DNA of 64,000 bases from contig CM097885.1 of the NCBI GenBank assembly GCA_044892525.1, positions 8,310,001 to 8,374,000 of the forward strand. The letters are read 5' to 3'. Below the pieces are notes generated by a model. That model saw nothing but the letters and a program-made list of their open reading frames with translations, was not told the origin of the DNA and searched no databases. The position numbers and the translations under genes are program-made. Shown here one piece after another: positions 1 to 9,877 of this stretch. Position 1 is the stretch's first letter; every line of letters begins with the position of its first letter. This stretch comes from Schmidtea polychroa. Taxonomy: Eukaryota.

Positions 1-1736
1 AGTGAAAAAATAATCTGGACTGAGGAATGTGAGAAAGCTTTCGAAGAAATGAAAATGGCGTTGACTACAGCGCCAATTCTCGTATTTCCAGATTTCAAGA
101 AAGAATTCATATTAGATACAGACGCAAGCTTTGATACAATTGGAGCTGTATTATCACAAAGAGATGAAATGGGGCATGAACACGTTATTGCATATGGATC
201 CCATGCAATGAGTAGCCATGAAAGAGGATATTGTATAACACGAAAAGAGCTTTTGGCTATATATTATTTCTGTCGCCATTTCAACCATTATTTATACGGT
301 AAACGGTTTGTTTTGCGCACTGATCATAAAGCAATAACTTTTATGTTAACGACAAAGAAGCCGATAACAGCACAGTTCCAAACGTGGATAAATTACTTGA
401 GCAGTTTAGACATAAAAATGGAGTTCAGAAAAGGTACGGCGCATACGAATGCAGATATGCTGTCTAGAAATACATGCGGCAAATGTGTACAATGTTTGAT
501 GGACCATGATAACCCCAAATCAGGGCGATTAAAAACTAGATTGTTAACATTGATGACCGAAAATAATGGAAATGAATGGCAAAGAGATAATGCAGAAATA
601 CAAGATATAAAAGATCAAATAAATGAAAGGAAAAATAATAAATATATATATTAAAAGGAAATATTATCTATACCAATCAAAACAAAATATGGATACCAGA
701 AACAAAAAGACGAGAAATGATTAAGGAAACACATTTATTATTATGCCACGCAGGAATAGAAAAAGTTATGAAATATATTAGGAACAATTTTGATATGGAA
801 GATTTGCTAAATGAAGTAAAAGAGACTATTTCAATATGTGAAGCATGCCAGAAAAACAAAGTTTTAACTACAAAGTCAAAAGAAAAAACCCAAGTAATTC
901 AAGCTTCAGAACCTATGTAGAAAATATACATGGATATTTGCGGTCCATTAAGAGAAAGCTTCAGAGGAGAAAAATATATTTGTGCAATAATCGATCATTA
1001 CAGTAAATACATATCTCTAACTCCTATTAGAAAGCAAGATGATAATACAATAAAGGCAGTTTTGTTAAATAATTGGATATTGAAATTTGGAGCCCCTAAG
1101 GAACTACATGTTGATTGTGGAAAAAATTTCGAAGCAAGTAGCATTAAAGAACTAGCAAAGGCAGCAGGAATTGAGTTGATATTTTCGAGTCCGTATCATC
1201 ATAATACTAATGGTGTAATTGAAAGACAATTTCGTACTATAAGAGACTATATTAACGCGTCACTCAGAGAAGGAGTTAAAAAAAGCTGGGCAGAATTAAT
1301 ACCTGATATAGAATACGTTTTAAATGCGACAGCTCAAAAAGCTACTGGAGTGAGTCCAGCAGAAATTATTTTTGGAAGAAAGATTAATAGATCGCAATGG
1401 CATAGTAATAATGAAGTGGATAGAAATGAAATCATGCGGAAATTAGAGGCTAAAAGACAGCAAGCGAAAGAAATTGGCACAACTAGGAACTTAGAAGTGG
1501 GGGACAAAGTATTGGTGAAACAAGAAATTAGAAACAAAGATCACGAGAGATATGAAGGACCATACACAGTAATAAAACGAAATCATGAAAGAAGTTATTT
1601 ATTAACAGACGAAAACGGAAGAAAAATAACGAGGAATATAGAAAAGTTAAAGCATTTTAAAGAAGGGGGATGTAAGGAGTTAGTAAACCTCTATATAAAA
1701 TTATTATGGTTAAATGGTAGAAGTGAGATCAGTTAG
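1..1736 (+). pseudogene. pol: Ty3/Gypsy pol 3' part (RT connection/RNase H, H2C2 zinc finger, integrase, GPY/F), disrupted
   Basis: RNase H motifs ILDTDAS, ELLAI, LRTDH, NADMLSR (49-654). H-x4-H...CEAC finger (717-920). Integrase MDICGP/HVDCG/NGVIER and EGPY (930-1736). Frameshift near 650 and stop at 918-920. Confidence 0.95.
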
Positions 1737-1848
1737 TAGAAATAATTATTTCTGTTAAATTTGTATATTTAAATTCTATATTAAATTATATCATATTATA
1801 TTAAATTATATTAAATTAAATCAATTAAATGTATGACCAGTAATTACA
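1671..1848 (+). repeat. 3' LTR of the Gypsy element (178 bp)
   Basis: Polypurine tract AAGAAGGGGGA ends at 1670, directly followed by TGTAA; the matching TTACA ends at 1848. Confidence 0.75.
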
Positions 1849-1887
1849 TTAATATTAATAATTATCACGCCTCGGTGTTTAAATATT

Positions 1888-2133
1888 CTAGTAAACGGCA
1901 CAATTTTTGAAGTTGTTATAAAAATAAATGCTTGAAGAAGACTTGAATTTAATTGCGTCTAACACTCCCCTTCCAATTTGGTCTTGTATGCTTAAAGATT
2001 TAAATTTAGTTATTTTATTTAAAAGATCACGGTCTTTAATTCTTACAAGATAAAAGATGTAACACTTTTCACCTATTCTAAGTTTATCCTCTAATGATAA
2101 ACTTCTAAAATCATTCAATCTTGAATTCATCAT
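1888..2133 (-). CDS. small hypothetical viral protein
   Basis: 81-aa ORF, AAAATG start context like neighbouring viral genes, same strand and packing. Confidence 0.5.
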   Translation of the reverse strand: MMNSRLNDFRSLSLEDKLRIGEKCYIFYLVRIKDRDLLNKITKFKSLSIQDQIGRGVLDAIKFKSSSSIYFYNNFKNCAVY

Positions 2134-2159
2134 TTTTTAAATTAAAAATTATACAGGTC

Positions 2160-2789
2160 TTACGTCGAAGTCTTCTCCTTTAACCATTTCTCTCGGTATT
2201 CCTTGTTAGAATATTTATCCTTAGGGCTTCGCGTGGTTTTCAACTTTATAACTTCATTTTTAATATCTTGGATTATTTGATTTGATTTCATTATTTCCTC
2301 ATCTGTTAGGATTCCATCCTCCATGGCTTTCATCTGAAATAAAAATAATTTAGATATCCCCAAGTCGATTGCCAGACAAACTTCACTATATAAGCTTTTC
2401 TTTTTTGAAGTATAAGATAAAGAAACTATTTCAGTCAAGAAAGAATCAGCTACAGAAATACTTCCAAGGATTACGGGCGCAAGAGTAATAGCCGGTAGGG
2501 TTATAGGCAAAACAATTGTAAGTATTGCAGATGTAAATCCCAAGGAGTAACCTATAATCTTTAAAGCTGTATTCCCTCTATTCCATCTATTTTTTATTTT
2601 TTTATAATGACGAAGCAAGTCTTTTAAATGTAAAGTCTCTGATTTAAATTCTTTCACCCTCATGACTTCAAGTTCTGTAGGAGCTGATGGACGAAGGACC
2701 TCCGGACAAAGGACCTCCGGACGAAGTCCCTCTATCTTTGGATATTGTACTTCTGGACTTCGTACTACTGGACTTTGTACTGTTTCCAT
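2160..2789 (-). CDS. membrane protein of the Polinton/adintovirus 'GasderminX'-like type
   Basis: Basic YKKIKNRW, long hydrophobic segment, then KKK...KAMEDGILTDEE, a pattern I recall from this family. Confidence 0.6.
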   Translation of the reverse strand: METVQSPVVRSPEVQYPKIEGLRPEVLCPEVLRPSAPTELEVMRVKEFKSETLHLKDLLRHYKKIKNRWNRGNTALKIIGYSLGFTSAILTIVLPITLPAITLAPVILGSISVADSFLTEIVSLSYTSKKKSLYSEVCLAIDLGISKLFLFQMKAMEDGILTDEEIMKSNQIIQDIKNEVIKLKTTRSPKDKYSNKEYREKWLKEKTST

Positions 2790-2797
2790 TTTAATAC

Positions 2798-3085
2798 TTA
2801 AAAAATCAAGACTTTATTATCTGGTACCAACGCTCGAATATCATAAGAAACTCTTTTTGAGAGAATGTCTTTATACAATTCTACCAACGCTTTACGAACT
2901 TCATCAACATCAACCTTTTTTTCATAAAATATTAAATCTATATAACTTACAAGTGTGCTTTTAAAAATAATATTCTTACTTTTAACTTTATGTGTTTTAT
3001 GTGAATCAGTTTTATCATGCCAATGTCCATGTGGTAAATCATAACCAGTTATTATAACCCTTTTCAAACTTACTATTATAATCAC
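2798..3085 (-). CDS. hypothetical protein, probably the frameshifted C-terminus of the fibre-like ORF
   Basis: Only a GTG start; overlaps 3039..3707 by 47 nt. Confidence 0.45.
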   Translation of the reverse strand: MIIIVSLKRVIITGYDLPHGHWHDKTDSHKTHKVKSKNIIFKSTLVSYIDLIFYEKKVDVDEVRKALVELYKDILSKRVSYDIRALVPDNKVLIF

Positions 3086-3707
3086 ATTTTACAAACCATT
3101 TCATTGTTTCACCATCATCATTAAATAAAAAGAAATAAGGATCAATAATCTTTACAACCATAAAACAAGACCATTCTTTACTATTTGTTGTTATAAAAGT
3201 TGGTTCTATAAAATGTTTATATGTATGGGGTAATAATGTATTATTCTGTTCTAATTCAGCAGCTCTTTTTCTAATAGTGTGTGATTTATCAACATGTGTT
3301 GTATGAGACTCTAATTTAACAAGTCTTACATTAAATGATGCAATCATCTCATTTATTATATTATATATTGTATTAAATTTATTATCCATAAGTTGTAATA
3401 TGGTAGTATTTAACTTTACAACTTGTTCAGTTAACAAACTTTGTAACTTATCAAATTTATCATTAAATCGTTGTTCGATATTATTAAGCTTTGATTCAGT
3501 ATAATTTTTAACACCATCAACATATTTTTTATTAGTTGCATCAAAATCATCAATCGGAGGACCTAAATCTTTTATCTTGTGAGCATTTAAATTTAAATCA
3601 CCCTTCATTGAATCCCCTTTTTCATTAATAAATCTCTTTTCTGTAATGGTTATAACATCTTCATCTTTTAGTCCATCATTGTACAACCCCAATTTATTAT
3701 AATTCAT
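3039..3707 (-). CDS. fibre/tail-fibre-like protein with coiled coil
   Basis: GDSMKGDLNLNAHKIKDLGPPIDDFDATNKKYVD motif (phage/PLV fibre-type), then a heptad-rich helix; lies directly after the penton gene. Confidence 0.65.
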   Translation of the reverse strand: MNYNKLGLYNDGLKDEDVITITEKRFINEKGDSMKGDLNLNAHKIKDLGPPIDDFDATNKKYVDGVKNYTESKLNNIEQRFNDKFDKLQSLLTEQVVKLNTTILQLMDNKFNTIYNIINEMIASFNVRLVKLESHTTHVDKSHTIRKRAAELEQNNTLLPHTYKHFIEPTFITTNSKEWSCFMVVKIIDPYFFLFNDDGETMKWFVKCDYNSKFEKGYNNWL

Positions 3708-3745
3708 TTTTATAGGATAAACATAGACTTCTTTCAGAATGACTT

Positions 3746-4492
3746 TCAGACTTGTTTCAAATGTAAATACATTGTAATCCTTTCTCCGTTAAAGTCAATT
3801 AGCTTTCCATCTTCATCAACAATTCTAAAACTAATATCCATTAGGTTTTTTCGACATAAAGGTAAATAATTTGGAGGATTCATTCTTTCAACCATTTTAT
3901 ACCCAACTCGAACAGTATTAGATGGAAAGGAATATAAAATATTTGCATGTTTACCGTTATTATATGAACCTGTTATACAATCACATTCTATATTTATAGA
4001 ATTTGTATTTGTTATTTGTATAATATTTTTAGATTTAATAGTTCTTGTTGTTACTTGTAGATGTTCTCTGGCTTCAAAACCTAAAATAGTATGAAGGAAA
4101 CTAGAAGCAGTAACCTGAAGTCTAATATCTTTTAAAGTTGCAATACATTTTGAAGTTTGAACATCTACTTTTATTTCTATAGCTCCATCTGTTTCTTTTT
4201 TAATTGCTTTACCTAAATCTGTTATTTCATATGATCCTGGTTCGATTGTTATAATTTTGGGAATCGGATCAATCCTCGTTATTATTTCAAATTTATTATT
4301 ATCAGTATTTATATTAAAAATAGTATTAAAACATGAAAACCACAAGAGTCCTAGTTCATAATTTAAATCTTGATCTAAATTTATAGAATCTTCAAAGTTT
4401 ATAGTAAAATCTGATTCTTTTGAATTTATTAATAAACTTCTTGAATATTTACTCGACATTATGTTTACCATTTTTTTTAGATTGTCTTCCAT
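3746..4492 (-). CDS. minor capsid protein (penton, single jelly-roll)
   Basis: 248 aa with FNIN..NNKF, IEPGSYEI, LGF, SINIECDCITGSYNNG, DEDGKLIDFNGE motifs. Confidence 0.85.
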   Translation of the reverse strand: MEDNLKKMVNIMSSKYSRSLLINSKESDFTINFEDSINLDQDLNYELGLLWFSCFNTIFNINTDNNKFEIITRIDPIPKIITIEPGSYEITDLGKAIKKETDGAIEIKVDVQTSKCIATLKDIRLQVTASSFLHTILGFEAREHLQVTTRTIKSKNIIQITNTNSINIECDCITGSYNNGKHANILYSFPSNTVRVGYKMVERMNPPNYLPLCRKNLMDISFRIVDEDGKLIDFNGERITMYLHLKQV

Positions 4493-4493
4493 T

Positions 4494-4964
4494 TTATAGT
4501 AGAGGTTTTAAATCTTTATAAATTTCACGGATTATCCCCTTGAACTCGGTCCCATTGTTTAATCTATACAAAACATATAAACTTAAAACCCCACATATTT
4601 CAGTATTATCAGGTTGAACTTGTAAGGAATTAAAGGTGTAGCCTTTCGGGGAACTCTTCGAGAGATAATCTTCTACTTCTTTAGTAGGTTTAATCCCAAA
4701 AGAATCAAAGTATATTGGGACTTCATCCATATATATACAAACCCAATGAGATCCTTTTTCATTTGAATTTTGATAATTTATTATTATATTATCCTTTGGA
4801 GCTTTGACTTTCAGACATTTGACCTTCAGACTTGACAATTCATCATTCATTAATATTTTAATTTTTAAATTTAAATAATCCGCATAATCTTTTAAATCAA
4901 AATTTGTTTTTGCATTTATTCCATATGTTTTTAAAAAATCTAATACCCCCGGGACAGCCTTCAT
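4494..4964 (-). CDS. adenain-like cysteine maturation protease
   Basis: Catalytic motifs GSHWVC, YFDSFG and Q...ICG. Confidence 0.92.
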   Translation of the reverse strand: MKAVPGVLDFLKTYGINAKTNFDLKDYADYLNLKIKILMNDELSSLKVKCLKVKAPKDNIIINYQNSNEKGSHWVCIYMDEVPIYFDSFGIKPTKEVEDYLSKSSPKGYTFNSLQVQPDNTEICGVLSLYVLYRLNNGTEFKGIIREIYKDLKPLL

Positions 4965-5790
4965 TTTATATATTTTTTAAATTTACTTTTTGAAAGCATT
5001 CCTTGAGAGAATAAATATTTTGAAATCTTTAAAATATCAGGATCTAAATTATTATGTCCTGCTTTTTTAGCAGCTAATAGTTTTCTCAATTCTATGAACT
5101 TAGAGATCGGATCTAGGCCATTGCCTTCTTTAACAACATAACCCTTTGGAATTTTATTTAAATAATTCTTTAAATCTTGAATGTGTTTAGCTTTTGGACT
5201 ACCATTTATTAATTTTATAAAATTTAAATATTTTTCAATTTCTTCAACATCATCTGAAGAATATCCACAAATTAATCTATAAAAATCATCTGTAAATTCA
5301 AAGTCTAAATATTCATTATTATAAACATTTTGAGAATGAATACGATTTTTACCTTCAGAGTTTATATATAAAGTAAAGTTTTGTTTATTAATTGTTATAA
5401 TTTGATATCCTTCAGGAGTAATATTAAATATAGGTTTAATTGAATCAGATAAACCCTCTGGGATTTTAGGATCAACTTTAAGAGGTTTTGTATTTAAAAA
5501 CATTTCTTCTTCCACACCTGAGAGTTTTCTACGTTTTCTTTGATTTCTTCCTTCGGTAGAATCTTCGATAGGACCTTCGGTGATAGCTTTACGTCCTATA
5601 GGACCTTCGGTGATGGCTTTAGTCCTTGGACTCTCTATAGCTTCTATCGCTTTAATTATTGGTTGTTGTTGTTGAGTCATTGCAGTATTTAATGCTAAAG
5701 ATTGAGAGCGTTGAGTCGTATCTTTTATATTATACTTGTCTTGTTCTGATTGTATTTTTTTTAAAGTGCTAATCTTTCTTCGAATACCAT
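4961..5790 (-). CDS. conserved Polinton hypothetical protein; true start probably ATG ~5790 with a 1-nt frameshift near 5763
   Basis: C-terminal ELRKLLAAKKAGHNN motif. Upstream MVFEERLAL joins KKIQSEQ... if one T is added. Confidence 0.65.
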
Positions 5791-5804
5791 TTTATACCCT
5801 CAAT

Positions 5805-6452
5805 TTACCATATTTGACCTTCGGACATTTGACCTTCAGACTCTATTTGACCTTCGGACTCTTCTTCTTCTTCTTCAGACCCAACAGCTTGTAAATATAA
5901 ACCTTTACCTTTTTTCTGGGGAGTTCCTCCAAGTTTACAAAGGCATCCTTTCTTTAAAGATTTACACATTTTTTTTAAATCATCTTTATCTTTTAATGAT
6001 AAAGATTTATCTTTTAAAATTTGATTTTTTAAAAAATCATTTAAGCCTCGACCTTTATAAGGATTGAGATATAAACCCTTTCCCTCATATGGGTTAAGAT
6101 AAAGCCCCTTACCCTTGGACTCAGTCCCCTTCTTCAATGAATTGATTTCAGTTTGAAGTTTTTCTTTTTCCAAGTCTGTCTTTTGAGATTCTTTAGCTTT
6201 TTGAACTGTAGTTGCAATTCCTCCAGCTATTCCAGCTGCACCTGATAGGCCGGCAATGATTGCAGGTATTAAAGCAGCTAATGGAAGAATACCACCCTTG
6301 GACGAAGTCCCCTTCTTAGTTGAAGACTCCTTCATTCTCTTCTTAACTTGTTCTTTTACATGTTTTCCAATAAAATATTTTTTTCCATTAATTACTACAG
6401 ATTTACTCTTGTTTGAATTTATTAATTCCTTTAAAGATTCTTCAGTTGTCAT
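5805..6452 (-). CDS. basic virion core / membrane-lytic precursor protein
   Basis: KGG followed by amphipathic ILPLAALIPAIIAGLSGAAGIAGG; repeated GKGLYL motifs; lysine-rich with acidic tail. Confidence 0.7.
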   Translation of the reverse strand: MTTEESLKELINSNKSKSVVINGKKYFIGKHVKEQVKKRMKESSTKKGTSSKGGILPLAALIPAIIAGLSGAAGIAGGIATTVQKAKESQKTDLEKEKLQTEINSLKKGTESKGKGLYLNPYEGKGLYLNPYKGRGLNDFLKNQILKDKSLSLKDKDDLKKMCKSLKKGCLCKLGGTPQKKGKGLYLQAVGSEEEEEESEGQIESEGQMSEGQIW

Positions 6453-6467
6453 TTTTTAATAAATAAA

Positions 6468-7247
6468 ATGGATACTTGGAAACCGATTTTAACTCGACAC
6501 AAGAGTAAATTTAATAATAAATTATTTCCTGATAATTTTAGATTATTAATCGTTGGGTCTTCGGGATGTGGAAAGAATGTACTTCTTTTGAGAATATTAC
6601 TAGAAGAAGGGTTTTTAGATTATAATAATTTAATCTTTTATTCTACAACCATAAATCAACCAGAATTACAACTTTTGAAATGTGGATTTGAAAATAAATT
6701 AACTAAAAAAGCTATAATTGATATTTTTAAAAACCAACATAGATGTCCTGATGAGGTTTTTCACCCTTGTGATATGATTGATTGGTACAAGGAAAAGATT
6801 TTAGAATCAGATATTGATAATAAAAATGATTACGTCTCCGAAGGGATCCAAGTTTTATTCTCTAATAAATCTGAAGATGTTTTGCATTGCGATTTACTTC
6901 CTAAAGATAAAAAGAATCTAGTTATATTTGATGATGTCGTCAACATGAAAAACCAAGAGATTCAAAAGAGTTACTTTACACGAGGTCGACATAATAATTG
7001 TAATGTTATTTATATATCTCAAACATATTATGCTTTAGATAAAAATTCAATAAGAAATAATTCCAATTGTTTTATATTTTTTGAATTAGAAAAGCGTGAT
7101 AAGAATATAATTTATAGTGATTTATTTTCAAATGTTGAACCTGATAAGCAAATGTTTGATATGTTTGTAGATAATCATTGGAAAGAAAAATATAATTATA
7201 TTTATTTGGATAGAGAAGAAGGAGAAATATGGAAATGTTTATTTTAA
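6468..7247 (+). CDS. A32/FtsK-like DNA packaging ATPase
   Basis: Walker A GSSGCGKN, Walker B LVIFDD, arginine finger RGRHNN, ISQ, IRNN. Confidence 0.93.
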   Translation: MDTWKPILTRHKSKFNNKLFPDNFRLLIVGSSGCGKNVLLLRILLEEGFLDYNNLIFYSTTINQPELQLLKCGFENKLTKKAIIDIFKNQHRCPDEVFHPCDMIDWYKEKILESDIDNKNDYVSEGIQVLFSNKSEDVLHCDLLPKDKKNLVIFDDVVNMKNQEIQKSYFTRGRHNNCNVIYISQTYYALDKNSIRNNSNCFIFFELEKRDKNIIYSDLFSNVEPDKQMFDMFVDNHWKEKYNYIYLDREEGEIWKCLF

Positions 7248-7251
7248 GTGG

Positions 7252-8567
7252 TTAGAAATCTGTTTTCTGTAGTTCATTATTATAAAATCTACCTAATATT
7301 TTTTCATTATTTAAATCAATGATGCCATATGTTATTGGAATTGTATAATGTATTTTATTTATAATAAAAATTTCATTTGTCCATTTTGCTGTGAATCCTT
7401 TTTCAAATTTATTTTTATATTTAAATATTCTTACTCGGTCACCAATTTTAAACTTTGGTTTTTCATTTACCTCTTTAACAGTTTCAGGATTATTATATTC
7501 ATTTACAATCTTTTGTAACAATTCATTGTTCCATTTTTGTTTTCCAATAGCCGTAAAATATTTCCACATTTTATTTTTTAATGTTCTATTTAATCTTTCA
7601 ACTACGACTGCTTTTCCTTCGTTTTCTGTTGAATATAATTTAATATCATTTTCATTTAAAAACTTTGTAAAAACTTTGTTATAAAATTCTGTTCCTTTAT
7701 CACACCATAAATATTTTGGGATTCTTTGATTTTCTTCAAATATATTTTCAAATGCTTCTGTAATTGAATATCCTGTTTTGCTTTCTAAACATCTTGCAAA
7801 AGCAAATCTTGTATATAAATCTATTACAGTTAAAATTATTTTATATTTTTCGGGGTCTGATGATTTGGTTGGCATAAAGACTAAATCGGCAGACCATGTT
7901 TGATCTTTTTCATGTACTTGAACTTTTAAATATTTTTTATTTTTTCTAAATTCATGGTGTAATTTATTGGCATATTTTATTTGTGATTCTGTTGGGGTTT
8001 GTAAATTTGTAGAATTAGTCTTGGATCTTTCAGTGTCTGCTTGTTGAATAATCTTTTTATTAGCAATATCTTTTGCTATTCTAGGGTGTCCAGCTCCAAA
8101 AAAGATCTTACCTTTCATTGCTAATTTCACTAGTCCTGCTTGAATCTTTTCTTGGATTGATGGATTTTCTATATTATTTAAATCATGTATTAAATTAACA
8201 TCTGCAAGGTGTCTATCCCTAAGGTCTTCAGAATTGTAAGCAATATCATGTTTTAAAGCTGCTTGATCAATTCTATTCACTGGTTCTTCTCCAGGTTTGG
8301 GATTATTATTTTCATCTAATCTAAGGTCTAGACGTGTTCCAGGTCCAGTAAAATTGTGATGGAATAAATGTCTTTCACCTGGAAATTTTCAGTAGTAAAG
8401 GGTTTCAATATTGAAGATGTTGTTTTTGAAGATTGAAGATCTCCTCCAATTCGAGATGGCTCTAGCCGAGATGTATGTTTTTTAGTTTTAACATGACTTG
8501 CTTTATGATGTTTTCTAACTTGACAATTACAAATTTCACATTTCCAATATGGTTTATTTAGAGACAT
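7252..8567 (-). CDS. C2H2 finger + parvovirus-type PLA2 + retroviral-like (rve) integrase fusion, with one -1 frameshift at ~8385
   Basis: CEIC...H...H finger (8328..8567 ORF). The -1 frame gives KFPGERHLFHHNFTGPGT...PVNRIDQAALKHDIAY and runs open into integrase ADLV / WCDKGTEF / VVERLNRT. Confidence 0.88.
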
Positions 8568-9837
8568 TTTTTATAGAGATATTATCACCTCGTACATTTT
8601 CAATAATTGAAATCTTTCCACCATATAATTTCATTTCTATTTTCTTTTCTTCTAATATTAACGTATATACTTTAGCTTTAAAATTAGAATCCTTTGTTAT
8701 ATGAAGTGTAACATCAACATTATTTATAGCTAGACGATCATCTTGATCTGATACATTTATACAAAATATAGAATATAAATTTTTGAAATCTTCTAAACTT
8801 AATTGCGGTTCAACTTTAAAATCATAACATGTTTCAATATAATTTAGATATGGGAATATGTTTTCATTATTTTCAATATTAAATTCCATTCTATTTATTG
8901 GATAATAAGAACTATTTAATTGAATTTGGATTGATTTTAAATTATCATCTCCAATCTTTTGAATAAACAAGTTGTTATTTTTTTGGAAAGATGAATCTGT
9001 TTCTTTGAATCCAATCAAGATATATCTCGGTCGGTATGCTAAATTTGCTACCTTTATAGAATATGTTGATTCACTACAGATTCTATTTAAATAATTTACA
9101 TTTATAGATTTGTTGGAATTTAATCTTTCAAGGAGTTTGATTTCAGATTGAGGATTTAATGTCCATTCAGGTATATGTAATTCAAGTGTTGATATTTTTA
9201 ATTTAGCTTTTGTATCTGCAGCTCCATAGAATATTGTTTTATCATCTTCTTTTCTATTACATATTAATTCTATAAAAACATTATGAAGTACTCGGTTATA
9301 GTTTTGAAGGAATCCAAATAAGTGTTTTAATTCAAAATAACCCTCAAATTTTTTAGATTTATAAAGTTCTACTCTTTTATAATATCCATAATTTATATCT
9401 AAACCATCTTTATCTAAATCACCTTTATTAGTATCAGGAATCCAACCTGTTAATTCTCCACTTTCATTTTTATAATCACAACCAGTTAAAATAAAATATA
9501 TTCCTGGATATAAAATACTTTCAATTTCTGATGATCCTAGTTTTAATCTCATGTTATTAAATAAGTTTGGAAAGAAATTGTTTTCTAGAGTTATATTTTT
9601 GTTTGCTTCAATTTCTAATTCAATTTTGTAATATAATTTTGTATTACAAATATCTATAGGGTTTGAGGTTTGAAGGGATTGAAAAACTATATCTCCTCCA
9701 CGATTTAAATTTGCAATCGATCCTGACGTAGGGGATATTTTTAAAATATCATTTTTTTTTATTTCATGCATAAACTCTTTATTATAGTCAAGATTTAATT
9801 TATTTTTTTCTGAAATCTCAAGATTTATATTATTCAT
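8554..9837 (-). CDS. major capsid protein (double jelly-roll)
   Basis: 427 aa with NNFFPNLF, LKHLFGF, RPRYILIGF, QLNSSYYP, FKNLYSIFCIN, typical of Polinton/PLV MCPs; context agrees. Confidence 0.85.
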   Translation of the reverse strand: MNNINLEISEKNKLNLDYNKEFMHEIKKNDILKISPTSGSIANLNRGGDIVFQSLQTSNPIDICNTKLYYKIELEIEANKNITLENNFFPNLFNNMRLKLGSSEIESILYPGIYFILTGCDYKNESGELTGWIPDTNKGDLDKDGLDINYGYYKRVELYKSKKFEGYFELKHLFGFLQNYNRVLHNVFIELICNRKEDDKTIFYGAADTKAKLKISTLELHIPEWTLNPQSEIKLLERLNSNKSINVNYLNRICSESTYSIKVANLAYRPRYILIGFKETDSSFQKNNNLFIQKIGDDNLKSIQIQLNSSYYPINRMEFNIENNENIFPYLNYIETCYDFKVEPQLSLEDFKNLYSIFCINVSDQDDRLAINNVDVTLHITKDSNFKAKVYTLILEEKKIEMKLYGGKISIIENVRGDNISIKNVSK

Positions 9838-9877
9838 TTTTTTATTTATAAATTAGCAAACTGCGCCAACTGCTATA

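Noticed and set aside
2689..5880. Short repeats as a possible CRISPR-like array
   Set aside because: No regular repeat-spacer periodicity, no cas genes, and they lie inside ORFs.
2662..7684. Plus-strand ORFs 2662..2964, 6256..6459 and 7391..7684
   Set aside because: Antisense shadows of the viral genes.
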